This document shows positions 53,101-63,995 of a stretch of 64,000 nucleotides of DNA, piece after piece. A program made the position numbers and the translations under genes. The stretch is taken from the NCBI RefSeq assembly GCF_001194135.2, contig NC_068982.1:133953790-134017789 (forward strand), written 5' to 3'. Under the pieces are notes generated by a model that saw nothing but the letters and a program-made list of their open reading frames with translations, was not told the DNA's origin and did no database searches. The stretch is from Octopus bimaculoides (Eukaryota). Positions within the stretch are counted from its first letter, which is position 1. Each line of letters opens with the position of its first letter.

Positions 53101-53649
53101 CATGTGTGCATTTTACTAGTTTTATTTACTGAATTTCTTACCAATGAAGAAAGAACTAGTTTCTAGTTTTAATGCAAAGCTTTTACATTGCTATATCCAC
53201 AACATGAACACCATAATCTCGTATGTATACATGCATGTGTGTGTTTATCCTTATAAGCATATGTGCACACATAGGTGCAGGCATTGCTATTATTGTGTAT
53301 ACATATCTAATATGCTAAACTTTTTGAACACTTTACACATTCTGACATTGTCTTTGATAGCTTGTAGTTGTAATCTCTTGCTTAGTTGTGTTCTTTGTTT
53401 TGTGAAGCTTAGCTTCTAAAGATTGTTACTGAAGCAGCAGTTATGTAAGCAAATGCTCTAGTAACTTAGGATAAAAATCTAAATTTATAGTCTGGATGAA
53501 GTAACTGTGGAAGTCTCGTTTTCTTTTTCACCCATCTTTAATATTATTGAGCAACTGATTTGAACTACTCAACATTATTTCTTTCCTACATCCTAGATCA
53601 TGTCTCTGCTGTCACTTTTTCTGTTTCTCCGTCTGTCTGTCTGTCTGTC

Positions 53650-54135
53650 AGTATGTATGTATGTATCTGTGTGTATGTAAAGCGCGTATATATACATATA
53701 TGTGTATGTATGATTATGTGCACGTATGTATGTGTATGTATGCATGCATATATGTATGTACATGTGTGTATGTATGTACGTGTGTATGTATGTACGTGTG
53801 TATATGTGCGTGTGTGTATGTATGTACATATGTGTGTATGCAAAACGCGTATGTATATACGTACGTGTGTATCTATATGTATGTATGATTATGTGCACGT
53901 ATGTATGTACGTGTGTGTGTATCTGTACGTGTGTATGTACGTGTATTTATGTACATGTATATATGTATATACATGTGTGTATACAAAACGCGTATTTATG
54001 TATATATGTACGTGTATGTACATATATGTGTATGTATGATTATGTCCATGTATGTATGTATGTATGCATGTACGTGTATGTACTTATGTATGAACGTACG
54101 TACGTATGTACGTGTGTGTATTATGTATATATGAT
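53650..54135. repeat. Complex (TATG/TGTA) satellite with about 150-175-bp higher-order units
   Basis: ATGATTATGT(G/C)CA and CGCGTAT each recur three times. Confidence 0.75.
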
Positions 54136-55316
54136 AGTACGCTCGTGAGTTCAACGTAATCATGCAGATGCACGCACACCGGAATTGACAAATAAGTTAG
54201 TTGTTGTTCATACAGCGAGCCGAACCTTCCTTAATGGCAAATTTCCTCCAGATTTTTTGTTATTCAGTTCAAAACAATTTGAAAACTTACAAACAGACCT
54301 TTTATTTCTTTCTCTAACAACCTCCTTACTGTTATACTCAGCCAGCTAAGGATGATTATCTCTTCTTATGCAATATTGCGTTAAATTAAAGATAGGTAGA
54401 TGAACGCCTTACACACACGCGAATGTGTTCTATCTAATGTTCTTCTTATTCTTTAAATTCCTCCAATAAAGAACGACCAGCCTTTAAGTACGAAAATACA
54501 CAATTTACACAGAAATTTCGGACAACAGTTTTAATTATGTACGTATGGACATGTGTGTGTATGTTTGTATAGATGTATACGTATATATGAATGTATAGAT
54601 ATGTGTTTGCGTGTATATAAGCTCTGCTTCGACGATAATAGTTGTATATTTTCATGGGGCATTTCCTGTTCACTCTAAACGTCTTACAACAAACACAGGC
54701 ATACATAAACGTTTCCATGTATATATCACAGACAAAATTACTTTGTTCGCTATAACCATCTGAGTGATTTCACAGCTGTGTTTCACTGTGAGACACATTT
54801 CTATAAAATGTATGTTACAAAAACTTTCCCACAAGATATTTAAAATCATTGTTATTATTATTAACATTTTTCGGGTCTTAGAAGGCGACGGTGAGCTGGC
54901 ATGACTCTAGCACGTCGGATAAAATGCTTAGTGGCATTTGTTTCTGAATTCAAATTCCGCTCTCAAACTTTCAGGTCTTATGCTTATAGTAGAAAGAATT
55001 TTCCACTGTATATGTTAGGAGGATTGAACAAAATTTTTGTCTTTCTACGAAAGAGAAAAAAGGTGGTGGTAGTGGAGAAGACGGAAACGACAGAAGCTCT
55101 TTATCACAAGTACAATTACCAATAGACACTAAAAGAAAAGAACAGAAAGTCTGAAATTTATTTCTTATTCATTCTATCAATGTGTGTGCGTGCGTACGTG
55201 GGTGTGTCATTTACCATTGACAAAGTAAGACTGTATTATGAAGATGATGGAGGAGGGTAAGAATAGTAAGAGGATGTATACAAAACACACACACACACAT
55301 ATATATGGGCCAACAA

Positions 55317-55370
55317 CCAATGGGAAAAGCACATGCAGGAGTGGTGGCAGGAAATCCCGTCACCCGGAAG
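55317..55370. promoter_or_regulatory. Possible promoter motifs (CCAAT at 55317, ETS-like CCGGAAG at 55364)
   Basis: Short motif matches in CpG-containing unique DNA; a full ACCGGAAGT also occurs at 56453-56461. Short motifs can arise by chance. Confidence 0.2.
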
Positions 55371-55424
55371 AAATCAGCCGAAGAATGATACGTAAAAGTA
55401 CAAAATCGCACTGGCTCTTCAGCT

Positions 55425-55496
55425 GGTTTCATGGTGTAATGGTTAGCACTCTGGGCTTTGAATCCAGCGACCGAAGTTCAAATCTAGGTGAGACCT
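55425..55496 (+). tRNA. tRNA-Gln(TTG) gene with a disrupted T-stem (atypical tRNA or young pseudogene)
   Basis: 72 nt GGTTTCATGGTGTAATGGTTAGCACTCTGGGCTTTGAATCCAGCGACCGAAGTTCAAATCTAGGTGAGACCT. Acceptor stem GGTTTCA/TGAGACC pairs; anticodon TTG at 55458-55460; A and B boxes intact; T-stem CGAAG/CTAGG has two mismatches. Confidence 0.8.
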
Positions 55497-55502
55497 ACCT
55501 GC

Positions 55503-55518
55503 TTTTTGTTTTTTTTTT
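55503..55518 (+). terminator. Pol III oligo-T terminator after the tRNA-Gln gene
   Basis: T5-G-T10 beginning 7 nt after the tRNA 3' end. Confidence 0.6.
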
Positions 55519-55667
55519 AGGTGCAGGCGTGACTGTGTGGTGAGAAGCTTGCTTTCCAACCACATGGTTCCGGGTTCAATCCTACTACGTGGCACCTTGG
55601 GTGCCTTCTACTATAGCCTCGAGCCTACTAAAGCCTTGTGAGTAGACGGAAATTGAAAGAAGCCCTT
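55519..55667 (+). mobile_element. SINE family A, 5' half, directly after the tRNA terminator
   Basis: Family A head through GAAAGAAGCCC. Confidence 0.85.
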
Positions 55668-55696
<29 letters not shown>

Positions 55697-55699
<3 letters not shown>

Positions 55700-55964
55700 A
55701 TGGCACAGTGGTTAGGGCAGCGGACTCGCGGTCGTAGGATCGCGGTTTCGATTCCCAGACCGGGCATTGTGAGTTTATTGAGCGAAAATACCTAAAGCTC
55801 CACGAGACTCCGGCAGCGGGTGGTGACGAACACTGCTGTACTCTTTCACTACAACTTTCTCTCACTCTTGCTTCCTGTTTCTGTTGTACCTGTATTTCAA
55901 AGGGTCAGCCTTGTCACACTCTGTGTCACGCTGAATCTCCCGGAGAACTACGTTAAGTGCACAC

Positions 55965-55965
<1 letters not shown>
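55697..55965 (+). mobile_element. SINE family C copy, 3' truncated into (TA)n
   Basis: High similarity to 46438-46730. Confidence 0.85.
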
Positions 55966-56042
<77 letters not shown>

Positions 56043-56551
56043 GCACACAAACACATTTATAAAGTCACCATCACCGACACAAACAAGAACAGACACGAAG
56101 TTAAAAACAAAACAAAAAAAAACCCTCATTAAACCGCACCTCCCAACCAATCTAATGAGAAACCCTGAAAGAAACGTTACGTCTCGAAATACGATGATGA
56201 TTCTACGGTGGGCCTGACCTAGACTTGGTGAGTGACGTGTCCGAACAGACAAGGGTTGGGCTCCTATTACATCAGGTAGTGGGTGTTTGCGTCTGTCAGT
56301 ATTCGTCTGGCAGTTGATAGACAGAGGAAGATGACCGAATTTTACAAAGGAATTTGCAGTTATTTATTTATTTATTATTTTTATTTCTACAACTATGCAT
56401 ATATTTGTTTTATTTTAGAATTTATTTCCACTTTTTTTTTTTATTCTTGTCTACCGGAAGTTATACACGACAGAAAATTTGATGAAAGTAAAAGAAAAAC
56501 AGATCCAACTGCGACAATGATGGTGTCTTAACCAGTTGAAAAAAAAAACGA

Positions 56552-57070
56552 TTCTTTTACTTCTTTCATTGAACTATGGCCATGCTGGGGCACCACCTTG
56601 TCCAGTTTAATCGATCAAATTGATCCTAGCACTTTTGGTACTGGATCTTTGTGGTTTTCGTCATTGCATGTCGAAATCTTTAAAAATTAATTTTTGACGT
56701 TGAATCCGAATTTGTTATTTATTTATTAAAAAAAAAAAAAATTTCGAAAATGTTACAGGTGTTCAAAGCTTGATCATTTTTAGAATTTTCAGCCAATCAG
56801 TGACAAAAACCAAAGATCCCTGGTGCTTACTCTGGTGGTCTTTTTTGCCGAACCGCTAAGTTAAGGGGACGTAAACAAACCAACACCGGCTGCCGTTAAA
56901 CACTGGTGGTGAACAAAGACACAGACACATACAATATATACGATGGGCTTCCACACAGTTTCCGTCAACCAAATTCACCTCACAAGGTATTGATAGTAGA
57001 AGACACCCGAGGTACCTTGCTGTGGGACTGAACCCGAACTAACGTGGTTGCAAAGCGAGCTGTCTGCGCC
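56552..57070 (-). mobile_element. SINE family A interrupted by a small TIR element
   Basis: Family A blocks on both sides of 56643-56819. Confidence 0.8.
56643..56819. mobile_element. Small TIR element nested in a SINE
   Basis: GGATCTTTGTGGTTTTCGTCATTG / CAGTGACAAAAACCAAAGATCC; imperfect 8-bp flanks TTGGTACT / CTGGTGCT. Confidence 0.55.
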
Positions 57071-57514
57071 AGGGCATAGTTTGTAAACGATTCATTTATA
57101 TTACTTAAACTCAATACATTGATAATATTCTTTCATTTTCTTATTTGTTTCAGTTACTAAGACTTTGGCCATGCTGAAGTACCGCCTTGTATTTTAAAAT
57201 TTCCACATTAAAAAAAAGTATTCTCTGCTGGAAGTGTTCTGCGTGGTAGAAATATTCGGACGAAGACCAGACAGACGCAACTATGGGTGTCATTTAAAAG
57301 AGAAGCATTAAGAAAATTATATAAGGCTCCCCCACTGCGGGAGTACTCTTAAAATTCAGGTCACTGCAATTTTTTTAAAATTATTTTTAGAGAAGGATTC
57401 ATCAGATATTCAAGCTCCAGTTAGATCGTCGGGACCCAGACCGATATACTGGTTGAACCCTCCAGCATCGATGCTACAGAAGTAAAAATAAGTTTTTATT
57501 CATCACTGTTATTT

Positions 57515-59422
57515 CCGGGGTTTTCCGAAAATCCGCCCATCCATTAGATCGCCCATGAGCGTTTATTTGGATGGGCGGTTATTTGTAGTTAAAAATTGAA
57601 ACAGCGTTAGTGTTCTTGTTTGCATTCTGTTTAGATGTTCATTTGTTCTACGTCTGTAGATAAATTCAAAGGATTTTTATTCCCAATAATGGAGTCGAAA
57701 GAAAATATATCAAAGCGTATTCAACGATCATTAGTGAAAAATTGAGTGCTGTTAAACGAGTGAAAGAACATTCTGGCAATTTATCTGCTGCGTCAAGAGA
57801 CTTAGGTATTGATAGAAAACGATTGAGAGAATGGTGCACAAAAGAAACTGAGTTAATCAATATGTCTGCAAGAGGAGGCGCAGATCAATTGGTGGAGGTA
57901 GAGGACCAGTACATAACCAGCACATAGAGATCTAGAGATTGAACTCTTACAGTGGATTGTTGTTCAGCGTGCAAACAATATAATTGTAAATTATCGCCGT
58001 TTACGGGAATATGCTTTTGAATTGGTAAAAAGGTTTGGAATTGAAATGAACAGCTTTAGATGTTCTGATAAATGGATTTTCAATTTCACGAAACGGAATA
58101 AACTGACTGTGAGAAAGATTACACATGTTGGTCAAGCAGACAATGAAACACTTGGAGAAAAGGCACAAATCGCCAATGACTATCTAGAAAGCATTCCAGT
58201 ATTAACAGCAGATAAGGGATGCTGACCAGGTTTATAATATGGATGAAACACCTGTATACGTTGACATGTTGAGTTCAACGACCATAGACTTTGTTGGCAA
58301 TAAAAATGTAGATGCTAGCCATTGTGGTGCTACCAAAGATCGTTTAACTGCTGTATTGTGTGTTAATGTTGTAGGAAAGGTGTTGAAAACAATGATTATC
58401 CTTAAAGGATTGAAAAACGTGCCTAAAGTCAAGGTCCCAAACAATATTTACTTAACAGTCTTCACAGGGGTTCAATCACATATGAACTCATGCAGCTGTG
58501 GGCTGACAAAGTGTTTGAGCAGAGAACAGCACAAGTATTCCATGCTCAAAATTCAGTGCTATTCATGGATGAATGCTCAGTGCACAAGAAAACAGAGTTC
58601 CTAGAAGTGCTCAAACGTAGGAATACAATTCTTAAGCTTATACTTCCTAAAACATCTTACTTGCAGCCGTTAGATGTATCAATCATTGGTCCTTTCAAGA
58701 AAGCTCTTCGTGCTGAAGGGAGAATTGGTTTTCAAATGGTAAAAAGGAGTATACAAATAAAGGATATCGCAAAAACCTTCTTATCAAGAGATAGTGAACT
58801 TTATGACCCAAGCTGTTGCCACTTTAAATAAAGAAACTATAAAGCGTGCTTTTGAATGTTGTGGAATCGCTCCTCGTAGACAGACTATGGAACAGCCGCT
58901 TAAACTCACGCTTACAGGATATTTTGTCTGGCCTTGAGGTAAATGTGCCAGATACACATAATGACAAAATTGAAGAAGATGAGATACAAGTAATTAGCTC
59001 TGATGAAGAAATTCGTGACATTTAACTTGAAACTATTCGGTTATTATTCTACCATAAATGCCCAAGGACATTATTTTTCTCATACTAGGCTTCTATTTAT
59101 GTTTTCAACAGTTTAATTAAAAATATTTCCTAATAGATCCATTGTTAAATTCAGAATATTTTTTATATGCTACTTCTTTTAAGGCTGTTTCAGTTTCTTT
59201 TTGTCAATATATCTGATAGCTGAAACGATAGAAGTTCGATGGAATTGCATAAAATAAATATGGTTTTTGAAAATATCTGTTTTTCCTAGATGAAATATTT
59301 TACTTCAATATTACCACTCATGGGCGCTTATTATAGGTAGGCGGTTATTTAAGCCAAAAAAAAATAGTTTTGTAAAATAGAATTTTCCGTTCAACAGCCC
59401 TGGGATTTTCGGAAAACCTCGG
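57515..59422 (+). mobile_element. pogo-superfamily DNA transposon (Passer/POGK-like), near full length, defective
   Basis: TIRs CCGGGGTTTTCCGAAAATCC (57515-57534) and GGATTTTCGGAAAACCTCGG (59403-59422) match at 19/20; TA follows the right end; subterminal inverted repeats (CGCCCATGAG); transposase inside. Confidence 0.9.
57689..59025 (+). pseudogene. Frameshifted pogo DDD transposase (N-terminal HTH, CENP-B-type HTH, DDE_1 domain)
   Basis: Pieces in different frames: AYSTIISEKLSAV..RKRLREW; LEIELLQWIV..FRCSDKWIFNFTKRNKLTVRKITH; VYNMDETPVYVD..KDRLTAVLCV; VLFMDECSVH..LQPLDVSIIGPFKKALR; WFSNG..IKRAFECCGI. At least 4 frameshifts. Confidence 0.9.
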
Positions 59423-59623
59423 TATTATTCTGCTGGTGGATTTGCAAAATCGTTAGAGCGTCGGAAGAATGCCTTGCGGTATTTAGTTACGGCTCTTTAC
59501 ATTTTAAGCTCAAATTCCGCTGAGGCTAACCTTGTCTTTCATTCCTCCGAGATCGATAAAATAAATATAGTATCAGACAAGTATAGGAGTTGATGGTATC
59601 GGCTAAACCTCTTCCTCTTAAAA

Positions 59624-59811
59624 GAATCCAGGTAAAATAGTCACAGAAAGAAAATCACAGGCAAAAAAGGTCACAAGAATTTTGTCCAGATCCCATAAAT
59701 TAATTGTGAATTTTTTCCCTGTGACTTTATTACTGGCCACCATAAATTAATTGTGACTTTTTTTTCCTAGCCAAAATTGTGATTTTATTTCTGTGACTTT
59801 ATTACCAGTCA
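59624..59811. mobile_element. Foldback MITE of GTCACA/TGTGAC units with 10-bp TSD (MULE-like)
   Basis: Direct repeat CCTCTTAAAA at 59614-59623 and 59812-59821; IR GGTAAAATAGTCACAG / CTGTGACTTTATTACC. Confidence 0.65.
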
Positions 59812-60084
59812 CCTCTTAAAATTGCTGGCCGTGACGGAAAATGCCTTGTAATATTTAGTTACGGTTCTTTATATTCTGAGTTTAAATCTTGAGGTTAAGT
59901 TTGCCATTTATCCCACCGGCTTCAATAAAATAAAGTACCATTACGTTCTGGTGTCAATAGTATCGACTATCCTCTCCATCACTTAAAACTGCTGGCTCTG
60001 AACCTAAATTAAATTAGAATTTGCTAAAATATTTCTTCTCATTTAGTCAAACGAAACATAACAAAAGAACCCGTTTTGGATCTA

Positions 60085-60632
60085 TTTTAAAACGGGGGCC
60101 ACATTTTTCATTAATGTTTTACGTAGTGTTTTTGGTACGGAAAGACTTTCAAACTTCGTATACTTATCTATTTTGTGTTATAGAACAGAAAAATATTTTT
60201 GTATTCGAATTTATTTCATGTAAAAAATTGTCTTATTTCGATAATTTCAACCAATCACTGACAAGTATTCAGTTGTTTATATTTACTCCTTTGGCTGATT
60301 AAGCGATGTAAAGCGTATTTAATCTCCATACCTTCGTTTTATTTGCTTTTTTCATTTTAAATTTGCTTTAACCCTAACCCTAACCGTAGGGTTAGGGTTA
60401 ATTGTTTCAGAATCGTTTGTTTATGTAGTCGGCACTTAATGTATATCGGCTGAATGGACGTCAGTGATTGGTTGAAATTACAGAAATACGACAACTTTCA
60501 CATGGAATAACTTATGGATTTCTTTTTTTTTAAAGAAGACTAAGAGAAAAAGATGTTTTATATGACACATTCTACCAGTGTTCCAAGTTTCAAAGTGTTT
60601 CGTTAATGAAAAATGTGGCCCCCGTTTTGAAT
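60085..60632. mobile_element. TA-flanked MITE with nested inverted repeats and a telomeric-repeat hairpin
   Basis: Perfect 26-bp IR (60089-60114 / 60603-60628), perfect 20-bp IR (60243-60262 / 60460-60479) and perfect 15-bp (TAACCC)/(GGGTTA) hairpin (60368-60401). Confidence 0.8.
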
Positions 60633-62740
60633 TACAAGAATTCATCAGACTAGTGCACAACATAAGTACGGGAGCAAAATCATCTTAAGGGGTGCAAACC
60701 CAGGCCCCAAATTGTTCACGTACAAGGTCGATCTTTTAAAATCTTGATATCAAAACAATCACAGGTATAATAATAGTAATTATTATTTTTATTATTATTT
60801 GTACATCAATGAAATCAGACAAATCCAGTCCCAAAATGTTTCTACGCTCGTTCGTTTTGGTGATGAAGTATTTTCAAGAGGATGTTCAAAACGTTTGTAT
60901 TGCTACCCAACCCCCTCGCGCTTGTGCTCCTGCTTCCGAGCCTCTGGTGCACAACGATTGTTTTTCAAACGTTAAGTGGATGATTCAGTCTCCCTGGATT
61001 GGATGGTAGTTTATCGCAGGTCAGTTTTTTTTTTTTTAATTTCTGCAGGAGAAATGTGGATGGCACTGGAAGATAATGAAGAATTCGTGAATTCAGCTCT
61101 GTTGCCACTGCTTCAGCAGTACCTGAAGCCATTTATTGTTACGTATTCAGATAACATTGAGAGCCAAGTGTCTCGGTGATAGAAACAATACAACACTCCT
61201 AACCAAGATTTGAACTGCCGATCAGTTGGATGGTTGTCAAGTACTCCGTTGTCTCGGTCATCTGCATTTGCATAACACGAGGTTTTAAAAATTTTTACTG
61301 ACTACCTTCAAGCATTTTGAATTCTAATGCTTGTTTTCTATATACAGAGAAAAATGCATTGGAATGGAGTATCAGTGGGCACCAGGTTGTAACCTGCGTG
61401 GTGAAAGACTTGGAGAACCAATACAACATAATACTAAAAAAAAAAACAAAAAAAAACAGCAAAGCAAGAATACAATCAGTATGTGTGCATTTTAATTGCC
61501 CCACTTCTATATTTTTCGCGGTGCTCTACGAAAAGCATAGTAATCTCTCCGGGAGCGGTTTGTGAGAATTGAAAAGACGGCGGACGAATTGCCATGTTTG
61601 ATAAAATCAAGTTGTTTTTAAACATTTTAAATTTCTCCTCGGTAAATAAAGAATGAATGCAAATATCACTCTGTGTTCTCGTTGACAGAGAATGGGAATG
61701 ACAATAAATTTTACTATTTTGGTGGCGATGGTGGAAGGACATTGTTTAAGAACAGCTGGTGTAAATGACTTTAATTTGATATACAAATTGCCTCGGTTTC
61801 AATTCATGATGTTTTTCACATACGTCTTGAAAGCATTTATACAGTTTAGAAATGTATTCTCTAATGTGTTTATCTGTTTGTTTGCTTTTTTTACTAGTGA
61901 CGTAACTGAGGAGGAGATAAACAAGCTGGGTGGCAGGTTATACATCTTCAAAAGTGAATGAAAGTGTCAGGGATCTGGCTAGTTGAAAGTTTGAACAAGA
62001 AAGAAACAAAGGAAAACAAAACAAAAAGCACAAAGAAGAAGAAGGGGAAAAAACGAAAAAGAAACATCGCGCAAAAAACAGCGACAAGCATTTATTCTTT
62101 AATTGATGTCAGGTCAGTTCAGAAAAGAATTGATATAAGAAGGGAGAGATAGAGAGAGGGAGAGAGACAGGAGGATAATTTCAAGCTTAAACCACGGAAG
62201 ATTACAGTGATGACATTTGCTTTCACGTATCGTTAGGATCTGAACTTAGAAGAGATAATATATATGTGTGTATGTATGCACATGTATGTATACAGATACA
62301 TATTTAGATAGGTAGCTGGATATACAGATATATGCATATACATACAGGTCATACACAGTACCAATTCACGTTCGTCGTAAACATGTAAGCTATTTTCCAA
62401 TGTGTCCTTTAAACTTTTTGTATATTTTACAGTCATCAACATTCATACGTGCAAGGTTACATGTTTTCTTTTTGGTTTTTATCAATAACTACGACGGTTT
62501 AATGTCGTCGTCGTCGTTTTTGTTGCTGTTGTATAGGCTCAGACCAACTTTGATATATAAAATCAAATACTGCAACATTTAATCAACTGAAAATTGGTTA
62601 TTGAAATTAATGGCTGACATGAAATAAACACTCAGATTGTAGAGCCGGAACAAATACTGCAGAGTATTTTGTCCGATGCTCTTGCGATTCTGCCAGTTTG
62701 CTCACTGCCAGAGTTGGAAGCAATTATTTTTTGTAAGCAT

Positions 62741-63025
62741 AGGCGCAGGCGTGACTGTGGGATAAGAAGTTTGCTTTCCAACTACATGGTTCCAGGTTCA
62801 GTCCCACTGCGTGGCATCATGGGCACGTGTCTTCTACTATAGCTTCGGATCGACCAAAGTCTTGTGAGTGGATTTGGTAGGCGGAAACTGAGAGAAGCCT
62901 GTTGTATGTATGTATGCGTGTGTGTATGTATGTATGTATGTGTGTGTGTGTGTGTGTCCCACCACCGTTTGACAACCGGTGTTGGTGTGTTTACGCCCCC
63001 GTAACTTAGCGGTTCGGCAAAATAG
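62741..63025 (+). mobile_element. SINE family A, 3' truncated
   Basis: Head through GCGGTTCGGCAAAA. Confidence 0.85.
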
Positions 63026-63039
63026 GGTTTGTGACAAAG

Positions 63040-63590
63040 TAAACAGGGTGAACACATGGTACAAGGCCGACAAATATCAAGGAGTGATGTTTGTAGAGGT
63101 CACAGCCCATGGAGAACTAACCTGAAAATTTAGGAAAGCTCTGAAGAAGGCCAAACCCGACATTAAGATCGTTGAAAGCCAGAGAGCTCCATCAGATCAC
63201 AATTATGTAGGACGTACCCCTTTGAGAATACCACACGTACCAATAAGAGCTGCATGGTATGTAAGGTTAACCCTCGCATTAACTGTAGAACTAGAAATGT
63301 AGTCTACAGCATAAGGTGCATAGAGGGTGCTTGTAAAGACAAGAACATGACATACATTGGTGAGATATCTAGAAGCATTGCGAAGAGACCAAATGAATAT
63401 ATTTGAGACAATATGACGAGAAAAAAAACAGTCCTCCATACTCTACCAACATGCTAAAGACCACATGGAGGTATACTGGGTTGACTTGACATCCGCATTT
63501 TATCCAAGCACCCGAAGGACCCAACACTCAGACAAATACAGGAGTACGTCCTCATAAATGAAACATCCCCAGATATACGGAGAAGGTAGC
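63040..63590 (+). mobile_element. Penelope-like (Neptune-type) retroelement fragment, C-terminal GIY-YIG endonuclease, decayed
   Basis: WYKADKYQGVMFVEVT..IKIVE; SCMVCKVNPRINCRTRNVVYSIRC..TYIGEISRSIAKR; HPKDPTLRQIQEYVLINE; contains stops and frameshifts. Confidence 0.8.
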
Positions 63591-63648
63591 GATACCTCAA
63601 TACCCACAGTTTATATATACACAGGTAGATTTGTTAGTCGGCTGTTAT

Positions 63649-63995
63649 CTCTTTTACTCTTTTACTTGTTTCAGTCATGTGACTGTGGCCATGCTGGAGC
63701 ACCGCCTTTAGTCGAGAAAATCGACCCCAAGACTTATTCTTTATAAGCCTAGTACTTATTCTATCAGCCTCTCTTGCCAAACCGCTAGGTGATGGGGACA
63801 TAAACACACCAGCATCGGTTGTCAAGCAACGCTAGGGAGACAAACACACACACACACACATCGTCTACCAAATCCACTCACAAGGCTTTGGTCGGCCCGA
63901 GGCTATAGTAGAAGACACTTGCCCAAGATGCCACGCAGTGGGACTAAACCCGGAACCATGTGGTTGGTAAGCAAACTACTTACCACACAGCCATG
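63649..63995 (-). mobile_element. SINE family A, young copy
   Basis: Reverse complement with CpGs largely intact. Confidence 0.9.

Noticed and set aside
687-56217. Numerous track ORFs with poly-Y, YI, CV, HT, SL or X runs
   Set aside because: They are translations of microsatellites or read-through of N-gaps.
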